This document shows positions 48,495 to 61,641 of a stretch of 64,000 nt of DNA, piece after piece. How positions within the stretch are numbered: position 1 is the first letter of the stretch; each line of letters starts with the position of its first letter. The position numbers were made by a program, and so were the translations under genes. The notes below the pieces were generated by a model. The model was not told the DNA's origin, made no database searches, and worked only from the letters and a program-made list of their open reading frames with translations. Source of the stretch: Chara braunii (taxonomy: Eukaryota > Plantae > Charophyceae); assembly GCA_003427395.1 (NCBI GenBank), contig BFEA01000010.1, forward strand, positions 2,559,202-2,623,201. Direction: 5' to 3'.

Positions 48495-48628
48495 CTGCCC
48501 CCTCTCTTTTCTAATCTGGATACTATCGACTTCCCCCTCTCTTTTCTAATCTGGATAGTGTTGACTTGCCCCTCTCTTTCTAATCTGGATACTGTTGACT
48601 TCCCCCTCTCTTTTCTATCTGGATACTA
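48495..48628. repeat. ~35-bp tandem repeat, 4 copies
   Basis: CCCCTCTCTTTTCTAATCTGGATACT(A/G)T(C/T)GACTT units. Confidence 0.85.
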
Positions 48629-51600
48629 CGAACTTGGAGATTTCACGCATGGAACTGAAGGATCATATACTTAAATGACGTTGAATTGATGAGCTTGCTG
48701 GAATGATTATCTCCCGACATTGCACGACATTGCTATCTGACGACATGTTTGATTGACGAGACTGGGTTCATTACATTTTTTTTTATAGGAAATTTAAAGG
48801 CCTAAAATTACTAAAAATATAAAATTTACGAATTTCAAATAAAATATAATGTTAGATATTATTCAAATTTTAACAAAATTGTGAGAATTTTTGTATAATA
48901 AATTAATAATTATAGAGTGAAATAAAAATCTGATGGGTTTATTGGTTTGATTTTTGAATTAATGCTTTTTAGGATTTTGAGGAAAAGAAATTTACACGCT
49001 GCATTGTCAGTAATGAAGTTATTTTGATAGGGATTTTCAAAATGTCGAATTTTATTTTATATACAATTTGAGAAGGAACCTGGTTTGAGATAAATATTAT
49101 TCTCATCTTACCACAATGAACTGAATGGGAGCGTGTGAAGTTTCAAGATTTCAGCGAAATTTCAGAAATTTCAAGAAATTTCCAAATATTTGACATGATA
49201 TTGCGCGCCCTTTCTCTTCCGTTCTCAGATCGAAATTATATACTTCTCTCGCGTTTTCCTAGAGTTCAGATCGTCAAGAAGAGCGATGGAGGTAAGAAAT
49301 GGGGAGATAACAAGAGATGGAGGAGATTGGATATCAGTGAAGTTGGTAAGAGGGTAGGGAAGGGCGAGGAGACAGGTGATGGAAGGGTCAGAGAACAAAA
49401 CATTTATCGACGAAGTTCAGGGGAGAAAACGGGAGTGACAGTGGCGGAGTAGCACGAGAGAAAGGAATGGTGGTGGTGGTGGCGGGGGAGGGGGATGGTG
49501 CGTGCGGATTCGTGATAAGCAGGTACTTCTGATGGGAGGTCTGACGTCAGATTTGAAATTACGATTTCGAAAAACTACAAAGGGTGTGTGAAAAAGGCTA
49601 ATTTCGGTCAAAGGGGCAAAAGATGAGCAATGGAGCGATTTGGGAGGGGTCTTGATTAGAAAGCTAATTAAGGTCCAGAACTTCTACGTGGGGTGGTAGG
49701 GGATGAGAAATCGACCCTAATCACCGTGGAGATATTGATTCCGCGAATTTTTTTGACTGCTGGAAATAAATAAGAAAACCGCGTGGCTTGGGTGGGTAAT
49801 TAACGGAAAATTCAATAGGTCATTACTTGGCACTTACTGACCGGAATTAGGCAAACAAGGGCTCGTTAGAAGCGGAATTGAAAATGATCGAGTAGCAAAA
49901 AGCAGATCTGAAAAAGGTTTATAATTGAAGACGTTATCGCAAAAACAAAACGATCTTCAGTCTTTTTCATGGGAATTTTTTCGAGAGTCACTAACTTCGG
50001 GATGCTTGCAAATATTTAGGACTCGTTTGGTGCAGCATTCAAAAGCGCATTGGGTGGGCGAAACAGAGCTCAAAATTCCAAAAAAGATTTGACCTTCAGA
50101 ATAAAAAAAGATAAATTCGCACTGTTCTGGGAAATTTGGGAGAAACTTTTGATGAATGATAACTCATAGAGTACTTGTCGAAATTAGGCACACAACGGCA
50201 TTGTGGGAACGGGATAGACAAGCGCTCAAAAACAAAAAAAGGGGGAAGGTTTCTGGGAAAGGGTGAGATATGAGGAAGGTATCGGAAGAGAAAAGGACAG
50301 ACAGATGATAAGTGCGGTGGGGCGGGGAAAAACGGGGCATACTGTTGTGACTTTATCGGGGTCAAAATCGGGTTTTGATAGGGATCAAGATCATGAGTAG
50401 GTAAGGGGAGAAGAGCAATGTTGTTGAGGTCGGGAGAAGTGGAGAGTGGGGGAGGATTTACTTGGGCAATGCAGCAGATGACGTCGCTAGTAAGGCAATG
50501 GATGGTGGCAACTGCGACCATGTAGACAAGCCTATGGCGACGATGATGTATCATCGGACAACGAGAAGATGGTGGAGGTGGCGATGCCACACAATGGCTG
50601 CAGTAGTGAGGTCGCATTCCAGAAGTTGGTCCCCCCGTGAGGCACGATCTTGGCACTGTCCAAAGGTGATGTGGACAATGGAGATGGCCAACACCACCGG
50701 ATGATGACGACTACGTGATGAATGCGGCAGCAGCAATTGATGACGATAATCAGTAAGATGACAATATTAGCAATCACGTAAGTGACAACGATCTCCATCA
50801 AATTTTTTCTTGAAAAAAAATGCTCCTTTCGCCGCCTTGCCACGTGGGAGGGGTCTTGGACAACAAACACGGTGGGAGGGATGTTCAGTCCCGCTCCAAT
50901 GCCAGTGTAGCAAGCACTGGGTTCGAGGAGGAGACGGGAAGGTGAGAGGGAGTGAAAACACACACACACGCCCAAACTCCAATGCAGAACCCGACTGGTA
51001 CGATGAACGACACTCAGCAAAGAGTACCAGCAGCAACTCGATATCAAATTCACACTCCAATGTCCGAAACAGAGTACAGCACGAGATGTCTTACCCGTGT
51101 GTGAGACTGGTACATATACCTGGGAACAGCCTAACGGCTTGGCTGGGCTCAGGGGTATGTACCAAATCATCGGTACCAGAAGGGTACCGGTAAGAAATGG
51201 CAAAGGGACAGAAACATAAAATGTGTCGGTACCGCGAACGTAGCAGAAAAGAAGATAATGTCCGGTACAAGGCATGACGTGCAGCGATCGAGACCTGGCG
51301 AGATCCGTAACAGCGAGGTCAGACGGAGATTAACAATGGGCAGAGGAAAGAAGGGGAGGAAGGAGATCCCAAGAAACAGGAGATCACCGGGTGTGTGGGG
51401 GAATGAACGGGGAATTAAGCGACGAGATCAGGTGGCGAGGTCGGGCCTTCCCATAGGTGGGCCTGAGAGAACGTGCGCGGGTGGGGCACACACGTGATGG
51501 CCCGCACATGCGCAGATGAGGTGTCTCTCTCCGTCTCACTGCATGAGATCAACCATCAAACTTCCTTTTAAAATCACGCTGAGGAATGGATCAGATAGAT

Positions 51601-52177
51601 CCACGCAAATCAACCCGTCATTTCCACCACTTCATCCTCTTCCTCCCCCGCCTGCAATCAGCAATCAATCGATTAAGCAATTAAGCAACCAATCAATTAA
51701 AGCCCTCCCCCTCTGACAGGGTCTCAGGATTGCCTGGCTTGCATTTTCAGAATGGTAAGTTCATATGTGGATGAGTTGTTTGTAAATCGTTTGAGACCAC
51801 AACGCTTTTTCTACTTCTGAGTTGCGTGTAAATTGTCCTGCCCGAGAGCTTGGGAGGGTAGACACCATGGTCTCAGTGAAAGCAGGGAGAACGCCATCAA
51901 TCAGGGCGGGAGGATAGTATGGAGACATCGAGGCGAAGCTGATTAACGGAGGATGGGAGGGAGTTGCGATCTGATAAACAGGACAGTCCGGGACAGGAGG
52001 CAGTTGCAATCTGGTAACCAGGAGTTTGGGTGGGGGGATAAGCGGGGCAGCATAATGCGTAGGACCTGGAGATCATGGGGGCAAGAGGGGAGGGGGTTGT
52101 TTATCTGACAGAGAGAATAGTGCCGCGAGGCATATTTGATAACTCCAGGGAAGGAAGCAGTGCAACGGGACGCACAG

Positions 52178-52180
<3 letters not shown>

Positions 52181-52263
<83 letters not shown>
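52181..52263. repeat. Compound (TG)n(AG)n microsatellite
   Basis: Directly visible. Confidence 0.95.
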
Positions 52264-52265
<2 letters not shown>

Positions 52266-53834
52266 CCCATTTTGTTGGGCACGCCCCCTCCCCCCCTTCC
52301 CCCATCGTTCCTCTCATCCCCACCACTGGGCCGCGGCATTGCCGTGGCGGGTCTGCTTGTCTCTTTTGAAAAAAAGAGAAAGGGACAAGTGCATTGGCCC
52401 ACCAGGGGAAGTTGGGAAAACTCCACGGCAGCCCTACTCAGAATGAACCTGGACAGCCGAAGAGCCACGTACATGATCTAGATCTGGACGTGAACTCCGG
52501 TACATCCTTCCCACGGGAAATAATCAATGCCGTCCTTCGGGCCTTCCAACCATAAAGGGGACGAGCGTGAGTGAGTATTTGTTGTAATCATGTTGACTTG
52601 CAGGTGGAAAGGAACCGGACTGATGCTCCCCAGAATGGAAAAGGACCGTCACGATCTGTTTTTTTTTTTTCCTTAGAAAAAAAAGGATCAGTACATAATC
52701 AAACCCTTTTGAACTGTCTATAATGATGTGTGCGGTAATTGCCTTTCCTTCTCTACCGCGACCTACATGTGCACAGACCTCTTCTCTATGGAATGATAGC
52801 AAGAGCGCAATGCGATAAGGTGGTTTACGCAGGCCTATGTGAACCTTCAACTCACGGTAATGTATGCTTTCACATCCAGACAAACCACCACACAAGGGGG
52901 ACCCAAAAATAACTAAAAGCTCTCTTAATATGATTATCTAGCCATCAGCATCCTGTCCTAGCAGAATCGTTTAAGTGATCAGAAGCACCCGAACTCCATC
53001 ATCATCTCCGATTCTCCATGTTGGCGCCGCAGCTGAAAGGTGGCATTTGTGGAACCTGTCAACTGCCAGTGAATCTTTTGGCATATCACCTTGCGGTTCA
53101 ACGTCTTGTTTCTCCCTCCTTGCTTCTTCCTGCTTCTTCTGCTACGTCCTGCTTCTTCTTCCTTCTTGCTTCTTCTTCCTTCTTGCTTCTTCTTCCCTCA
53201 TTCTTCTCCCTTCTTGCTGATTTTTCTTCTTCGTTCGTTATTCTTCTTCCTTTTTTCCTCTTCGTTTTCCTCTTCTTCTTTTTTTTTCTCCTCTTCCTTT
53301 GTTCTTCTTCCTTCTTCCTTCCTTCCTCCTGCAGGAAGCAGGGCGCTGCTGAGGACAGCGCCATAGCCCAATCTTCCATAGCTGGATGGGCTTGGACTAC
53401 AGTGAGGCGCAGGGGTGGTGTTCGGGTGTTCAGAGGGAAGACGTGGGTGTAAGCCAGGGGAGAGAGAGAAGGATGATGATGATGATGATGTGAGGGCACA
53501 TACCTGGTATTGGCGATGGTCAGCATGGGCGACATCTTCAAGTACTTCGTAGGCTGCTGACGTCAACAGTTGCATTGTCAATTAGTAGGCAGACAGTAGC
53601 TGTGTAGGAACTAGGCTGGAAGCCAAGCGCCAAGTAGGGAGAAAGGGCCTGGACACTCATGTTGGTGGTGGCAAGAGCAAGCTCTCATTGACATTGGTTT
53701 TCAGTGTTAGGATTCTACATTGGTGTTATATTGGTGCAATTCTGCTTTCTGGACACTGTGATACTATCTGGCCTTCAATGTGATTGTGCATTCCGGATAT
53801 TGTCATCTGGCTATTGCTCATTTTCCTTGCAATT

Positions 53835-53846
53835 TGGTATCAGAGC
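53835..53846 (+). promoter_or_regulatory. Primer-binding site for tRNA-iMet
   Basis: Exact TGGTATCAGAGC, 3 nt after TGCA. Confidence 0.85.
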
Positions 53847-55111
53847 TGGTTCGAACTGCACTTCATTGGTTCTTCGCAATAGCTGTTTGGTGCTTCACAT
53901 GAGGTGTGGGGCAGTAATAAGGCTTGGGCGTTGAATGATCGGCGGCCCAGGGTCGTGTGGGAGCGCCAGGAAGCTATTCGGTGACATTAGAGGTGTACGC
54001 TGGATGATGAGAGCTCACTGATGTGGCATTTAAGCCGAGGTGGAACTGCATTCTGCTGTTGGTTGTGCAGAGGCAAAGACCCGTCATCATAAATGCACAT
54101 CAGGTTGCCCGTGAGAAATCTGTGGTTGGGGGCAGCATTATGAGGTGTGTTGCTCTCTTCCTTATCTACCCTCTTCATTACTTCTTACCGTGAGGAAGTG
54201 AGTTCTGTCTTGAGAGTCCTCTCAATGTGAGGTGTCGCGGGCGCTCAACCTTGGGAGTCGACATTCTTCCTGGGCAGCAAGCCGGTGGGAGACGGGCGAA
54301 GCCTTTGAAGGGCCCTGAATGAAGCACTCGGGTCACCGTCACCATGCCAACCCGCTGGGACTAGTACACGCATGCTTTGTCGCAAGTCCTTGGTTCTGCT
54401 GCTGTGCAATAGAGGTCATGCAGGGCATGCCAGCCCTTTGAACAGACGCTTACCAGACCGTCTCTAAATGTATTTGGCGGGTTCCGGTGTTGAACCCTGG
54501 TTGTGATCGTCGTCCTGTCTGCGACGTTAAATAATTCCTGAGGACCTTGGGGGCTGTCCTTAAACTGCCTCTTGATCAGCCTGATCAAACCGGATGTAAG
54601 GCTCGTTGCATGCGAGGGTAAACAACGTGCAGGGGCTGGCAGGTTCGGCATAGACTTGGGGCACAGAGGTGGGCTGGATTGCACACCTTCAGACACGCCT
54701 CTCAACCAGATGCTCAGGGCGTTGACACAAAGTGACCAATCAAGAAGGATACAGGGAGAGGTGGCATTCCGGTAACTGTTCGCAAAGTTATTAATTAGGA
54801 AATATTCCATCCAGCATGCATCTTTGCAGGTGACACTATTTTATTTTTGATTATTTAGTTGTTACGGACTTGATTGACAACTAACAGATAGTTGCAGATA
54901 GTTAGTATTCCTTGTTGCATGCATTATGTTCCCGAGTAATCCAAAAAGTAAAATTAGTATTACCTGTAAGACTTGATATTGATTGCTGGTTACCACTTGA
55001 TTACTTCTCTCTAGGCTGACCGAAATTAGTTGATTGTTCATACTCCGTTGTGTGTCATGCTGAGGTAGGATTTAGTGTGGATTCTAGTTTAGATCTCACA
55101 CACTATAGCTA

Positions 55112-56020
55112 ATGAGTGATGCAGGCGGTAATGAGGAGGAGGAACGAGTAATGGAACCTCTTAGAGTGAGTCGTAGAACTGCACTCAGTCAACCGATTAC
55201 CTTCTTGGAGTTAGGCCAGGGAGAGGAAAGGAGGCTGCAAAGGAAAGCCAGGGAAAGAACGATATTAGAGAGGGTTAGGACAGCGGCAACCAATGCTGAA
55301 CGGACACTTGCAGCAGCAAGACTAGCGGACGCTAGAGTCCCGGTTGACGTTGCGATGGCTACCTCCTCGACAGTGTCACAGGCCTTGTCCCAGGCCTCTT
55401 CGTCAGGTGTCAGTCGGGGTGTATCTCGGAGTTCTGTTAGTCAATCTATTGGCTTGCAAGTTAGCCAACCAATGCCACTCACACTTGAGGATTATGAAAT
55501 CCTTCAAGCGAAAAAACTCCATGATCAACTACAACAGCAATTAAGAGATGCAGCAGAGAGGAGGCAGAGGGCTATCACGAGAAAAGCTAGACTAGGAGCT
55601 AGGAGGCAGGAGTTAAGGAATTTAGAGGCACTAGACGAGTTGATATTTGACCATGCGATGCAAGCGCTGCGTCGCTCACTTGTGTGGCGGAAACGCAGGT
55701 TGTCCAACAGGAAGTGCTGGCCGAACTAGTGGAAGGTCAGAAACGGATTCTGGCTGCACTGCAAGTTCCTCGTCCTATGATGAGACAACCTCAATATGTT
55801 GTAGCTCCCCCTTCGGTTGCGGGTCCTTCAATGACGTCGTCGCCGGTAGGGCCCTCTTTCTCTCCTATGTTTGACACGCCTCTTACAAGTAGTCAACCAG
55901 TAGTCAGTGATCCGGTTCTTATCTCTTCTCCCGTGCCATCGAGAACGGTGGCAGCTACAGTGCCATTGTCTAGACAGCCGCAGGTTAGCATGCAGCGCCC
56001 TGTCTCAGTGGCTATGCAGC
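55112..56020 (+). pseudogene. gag-like N-terminal region (frameshift ~55685), truncated
   Basis: ORFs 55112-55729 and 55684-56052 read as one coiled-coil then P/S/V-rich protein downstream of a PBS. No capsid motif is reached. Confidence 0.55.
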
Positions 56021-56425
56021 CACCAACCCGCCTGCCGACGACTCTTGGGTAGATCGGTTGGCGGCTTTCGTGTTCGATTTCTCCAAGGTTTCGGATTGGG
56101 CCCGACGTCTTCTTCGACACGACGATTGTGACATGGGAGGCAGGCCGGGGTCCTCGCCGCCTCCATTTACTCACGATATCTTTATGCGAGATGGGGATGA
56201 GCGTGTTGATATCGTCGACGATGCCGATTTCGGTGGCGACACTGCTGCCGTGGGGGACAATCTCGTTTTTATTGTGAATCGAGACTTCGATGATGCGGGA
56301 GTCGAAGGTGATGAGTGGGAGCAAGCATCGATCTTTGACCTGGGGGATGACGATAGTCAGTTGTCGGGTGGTGTGTGGGTGGTGTGTGGGTGGGGGTCGG
56401 TAGGTGGCTGGGTGGGGGGGGGGGG

Positions 56426-56486
<61 letters not shown>

Positions 56487-56846
56487 NNNNNNNNNNNNNN
56501 NNNNNNNNNNNNNNNNNNNNNNNNNNNNNNNNNNNNNNNNNNNNNNNNNNNNNNNNNNNNNNNNNNNNNNNNNNNNNNNNNNNNNNNNNNNNNNNNNNNN
56601 NNNNNNNNNNNNNNNNNNNNNNNNNNNNNNNNNNNNNNNNNNNNNNNNNNNNNNNNNNNNNNNNNNNNNNNNNNNNNNNNNNNNNNNNNNNNNNNNNNNN
56701 NNNNNNNNNNNNNNNNNNNNNNNNNNNNNNNNNNNNNNNNNNNNNNNNNNNNNNNNNNNNNNNNNNNNNNNNNGGGTGGGTGAGGCGTGGTCGGTATCGG
56801 GCGCAACGATCCCGCACCCTGCTGGGAGCGCTGAACCTCACAGTCG

Positions 56847-59800
56847 TGTCACGTAGGATGTATTCTTGAAGAACAACAGGTCACAACTCCGACCGTGTGC
56901 GCGTGCTATACCTCTCACGACGCCCTGCGACAGGTCGGGACGTCGCGAGGTATAACTTACCTCTACCCGAGGGGCTGTCACCACCCTCAGGTAGGCGTAT
57001 CCCTGCTGAGCTACCGGCCTACATGCAAAGGCTTTTACATGCCTTTGTAGAGGTAGGTCGGCCGAGGGCGTTTGCTCGATCGCTGTAGCATAAAACAGGG
57101 TACGAGCGGTAAGACGCCTAAAACTGACCCGTTAGATATTCAGGTCGAACTTTCAAAAGGCTGTCTATTTCCGCTACTGCGTAATGTATTATCTTCTTGA
57201 CAAATATCAATCAAACTGTCTTTCTACCAAAGAGCGTCCTATCTTTCTTAACAAGTTAGGACTTAACTGAACATCATAATACTTTAGAGATTAAGTTGGA
57301 TATATATGGAAGTATTACCGCCGAGAACCCTTCCAGCTTACACAAGTGCTGTGTGTCCGAGACTCTTCAACAGACCAGGTCTAGTTCAATTCAAAGTTAC
57401 GCACAAAACAGACCTGCACAGAATAATGCAAAGATAGTTCACATGCCATGCACTAATGGAGTCAACCATCAACCATTGACCTTGTCCCTCACTTCCCAAA
57501 CCATGTATGACAGCCTTGTCTTTCCTGAGACGTAAGCCTTGCCCCCTCACATTTCTACAAAGGACCCTTGAGAGTGACCAGGACCATTTAGGCAATGACC
57601 ACAGGCGACAGTTTTACTGACCACAGGGTTTGACTTTAGAGGTGGGTATCAAGTCAAAGGGAGAAAGTTGAATCGGTAACAACCGACCTGTTATCCAGAG
57701 ATAACAGAAATTAGGGTCCTTTCTGTAGAACCTCTTCCTTGAAATGCAGTAGATAAACAAGGACCTGCACACACACAGGTCAACAAAGATTCAACACCCC
57801 CACTCGATTCCCACATATTGATATCTAAGGGTCGAGCCCTTAGACATGGGTAGTGAGCTCTGGGATCAACGTCCCAGGTCTAATTCCTAGTCTTACTCTC
57901 ACAACCCTACCCTAAGCCGTCTGTCACTTTCTCCTTTCTCTAAAGGAGTCTCATGCCTGTGTCCTAAATTGTCTTTAGGAAAACTCATGTTTACCCTAGT
58001 CTCAGTCCTTTCATTCCCTCTCTTGGAGATAAGCGCACCGTTTGGCGCTCATGTAGGCGAGATGTAACTCATTCATTGTTGTGGCCTACCATCCGAAAGC
58101 CATAGACATTTATGGACTACGCGGCGGTTCTCTAGCTTCTTTCTCCCGCGGTCCTGTCTTCTTTCCTTATTCCTTTTCCAGATGTGAGAAGACCTTGCTC
58201 CCACAGGAGCATTGTTCTTTCCTTTCTCTTTAATTTGTCCTGACATACTCAAGTAGTAAATCGATTCAGACATGAATCTTCCACTACTTGGCCAATATCA
58301 AGCAATTCATTAGTTGAACAGACAGGTGAGTAAGTCGCACATGAGTATTGATCTCCCTTTAGTTTCACTTAATGTATATACAAGATGCACTCAGAGTAAC
58401 AGGATAGCTCACATGAGCACCCTACTACTTGTTTTAGATACCATCCTGAAAGATCCTGACGTCATCCCCTTCCCAGAGGTTATTAACGGTCCAAGTGAAT
58501 AATAGGCGACCCGCACAAGAGCTCCCTACTATCACGTGACAAGGTCTACTTCACGAGAGCATTAGGATAATCCTGACAAGGGTATCCTGCTGCCCTTCAA
58601 AAGTCGACCGTCCTGAGACCGGGTTAGTTTGGACAGAAGACGAGTGTTTAGAGTATTCCTACAGGAGTACCCTCTTAGCGAGTTAGTGTAGAATCAAGTA
58701 GGTAGTAGACAAACCCCGATAGAGGCCCCTCTATTACCTTCCTTGGGTAATGAGTAGTCCAGCCGTTAAACAAGTAATAGGACGACTCCTACAGAAGCCT
58801 CTCTATTACCAGTTTGGTGGTCGGACTATCAGAGGGTAAGTAAGCTAGGAGAGGAAGAGTAGAAACGTGATCTCCTACTCTTTAGTCATCCTTGGACTTA
58901 GGCACGTGAATAGGACGACCCTCCCTGGGGCCTCCCTTTATTATTTTCTAAGAGTCAGACCCCTCTTCTCGTCACGAAGACAGTCGAGCCGGTAGATGGT
59001 AAGGTAACTCCCACATGAGTACCTAGTTTACTTCATAAGCTAATGTTAGACATCCTTTCTCGTCATGACGATAGCCGATTTGGTAAGGTAGTGAGGCAAC
59101 TCACACATGAGTGCGTAAGTTAGCTAATAGTCAGTGTCATAACCCTTCCTCCCGCCAGGACGACAGTTGATCCGGTAGAAAGTACCTATTTTAGTCCATA
59201 AGTTTGGGTTTGTACCCTGTCCCATCACGACGACAACCGATCCGGTAGAGAGCAGTTAATCTAGATCATAAGTTAGCGTCGGGTACCTCTGCCCGTCACG
59301 ACGACAGTCGGTCCGGTAGAGAGTACTTAAATTAGTTCGTAAGTAGTTGTTTGTACCCTCGTCCCATCACGATGACAGCCGATCTGGTAGAAAGTCCCTA
59401 TTTAGTTTATAAGTTATAGTCAGATACCCCCTTCTCGACATGACGACAGTCGTTACGGTAAAGAATACCTACTTTAGTTTATAAGTTATTGCTGGTAACC
59501 TCCTCCCATCTCGACGACAGTCGATCTGGTAGAGAGTACCAAATCCAGTTCATAAGTTATACTCAGACACCCCCTTCCCGCCACGACGACAGCCGTTACG
59601 GTTGAGGGTACCCGATTTAGTTCATAAGCTGTTGTTATCACCCCTTTTTCCCATCACGACGACAACCGATCTGGTAAGGAGTACTTGAATTAGTTCATAA
59701 GTGTTTGTTTTGTACCCTCGTCCCTTCACGATGACAGTCGTTCCGGTAGAGAGCGTTTATATTAGTTCATAAGTTATTGTTCGTACCCACATCCCCTCGC

Positions 59801-60600
59801 GACGACAGCCGCTCAGGTTGAGAGCACTTAAATTAGTTCAGAAGTTACTGTTCGTACCCTCATCCCCTCGCGACGATAACCGCTCAGGTTGAGAACACTT
59901 AGATTAGTTTATAAGTATTTTGTTTGTACCCTTGTCCCCTCACGACGACAGCCGATCAGGTAGAGAGTACTTAGTTTAGTTTATAGGTAGTTATTTATAC
60001 CCTCATCCCCTCACGACGACAGCCGATCAGGTAGAGAATACTTAGTTTAGTTCATAGATTATCATTAGGACCCCCTTCCCATCACGGCGACAGTCGGACC
60101 GACAGAGAGCAAGGTGACTCACACATGAGTACCTAATTGCTAACCCTTAGTCAAGTCAGAGCATACACAAGTAGCACGACGACTCACACATGAGCCTCCA
60201 TCGTCCTACTTTGTTTTTCACGTCCAAACAGTTAGGTTCCTTCTTAGTTAACTTAGGTTCCTTCCATTTCATCAGGCAAGGTTTTTATTTCAATCATACA
60301 CTTTTTCCCTTCTGATTATCTTAGCCCTGAAGAAAGTACAAGCAGTATATCATGCAATCATACAGGCAGTCCAATAGAAGGGCGTAGCCTGTAAGGGTAT
60401 ATGGGAAGGGGTTAGGTGATGCGTACCTCATGGTTCCCTGCCTCCAGAGTCCCTCCTGAACTCCGGCAGAGCTCCCGCAATTGCCCTGTATGTGGAGATG
60501 TATGGTTTATGCTACCGATTGCTAGTACTCTAGAGTCATCAGAGGCCAATATTAATGATTAGCCAATCATAGTCAAAGAGGTGGGTACTTTGAGAGGGTC
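56847..60600. mobile_element. Unclassified LTR-like block containing a 71-bp array
   Basis: Starts TGTCACGTAGGAT like 31710. Non-coding. Right boundary approximate; no TSD found. Confidence 0.4.
58960..60110. repeat. Diverged tandem array, 70-73-bp unit x14 preceded by two 92-bp variants
   Basis: GACGACA-type anchors at 59159, 59229, 59300, 59371, 59442, 59513, 59585, 59658, 59730, 59801, 59872, 59944, 60015, 60086; also ~58975 and 59067. Confidence 0.92.
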
Positions 60601-60749
60601 CAGTCAAGACAAAGATGGGGAAGGATGGAGGGGGCAGGCACCATCATACCGTGTCACTTGTCTCCCTCTCCCCTAAATCCCCCCCATGCTTTCTTCACTT
60701 TCCGGCCTTCGCCCAACTCGTGGCATTTTAAGAATATCAACAGTGAAAA

Positions 60750-60930
60750 TAATAATAATAATAGGACTAATAATAATAATAACGATAATAATAATAATAA
60801 TAATAACAATAATAATATCAATAATAATAAGTGAGATAATAAGATAATAATAACTATAATACTGGTAATTAATTAGTTGCAATGATAAGATAAATATAAA
60901 TAATAATAATAATAATAAAGATAATAATAA
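60750..60930. repeat. (AAT)n microsatellite
   Basis: Directly visible. Confidence 0.95.
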
Positions 60931-61516
60931 ATTTAATATCAGAGTACTAAACTTCTTGTCAAATGTTCTGATCATCCTTCCAGTGATCAAGCGAGCGTGG
61001 ACTTCTTATTGATGTATCACCAATTGGAGATCTTTGTTCATTTCACTCACTTCTCCAGCTTGCTATTCTTCGTGCTTATCCTAAAGACCACACGTGTGTA
61101 ACTGCTGCGCTGCTAGCCTTCAAGACCGTGCGGGTACATGCATGCCGTCTCGTGCGTCCACTCGCAAGCTGTGTGGGCGCACGCTTGCTGTTCCGCGTGC
61201 CTAGCCGTAGCCCGCTAATATCCCAGTCCTCTGGCTACAACACACACCATGTTGTGCTTGTGTGCGGATACGGGGACAATGCCTCGTTTCCCGCGGCTAC
61301 TTCACCATGGATTGTCCTTGCGCTGCATGTCCCTGCCCGCATCGACCCCCTCCCTATCCTGGCTCAGCTCATGTCACTTCTCCAGCCAACCAGTCTGCAT
61401 CAACTGTCTGAGACCCATCTCTGAGCATGTTGAGGCAAAAACCCTATCTCACAGATACTCAGGCTCACTTTCACTTAGGGCGGACACGAGGCTTGCGGGG
61501 CCATCGATATTTGAAG

Positions 61517-61532
61517 TAATAACATTAATGAC

Positions 61533-61610
<78 letters not shown>
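61517..61610. repeat. (AAT)n microsatellite
   Basis: Directly visible. Confidence 0.95.
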
Positions 61611-61611
<1 letters not shown>

Positions 61612-61641
61612 TCAATAGTTATGTTAATTAAATAGTCGTGA

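Larger units (their letters stand above)
52950..56020 (+). mobile_element. 5' part of a third LTR retrotransposon (family C): LTR end at 53831, PBS, 5' UTR and gag-like ORF; left boundary not determined
   Basis: CCTTGCA-ATT-TGGTATCAGAGC followed ~1.27 kb later by a coiled-coil/Pro-Ser-rich ORF. Confidence 0.65.

Noticed and set aside
48700-52900. Possible host gene or promoter in the AT-rich, apparently non-repetitive stretch
   Set aside because: No ORF with a recognisable domain and no consistent exon chain; it cannot be supported without transcript data.
56370-56790. Poly-G tract (G-quadruplex or Gly/Pro-rich ORF)
   Set aside because: It abuts a gap and is probably a sequencing artefact. 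The same caution applies to the homopolymer-rich flanks of gap 21370-21879.
56847-58541. Solo LTR bounded by TGTCACGT...ACGTGACA
   Set aside because: The flanks (AGTCG versus AGGTC) are not a TSD, no PBS follows, and similar sequence continues beyond 58541.
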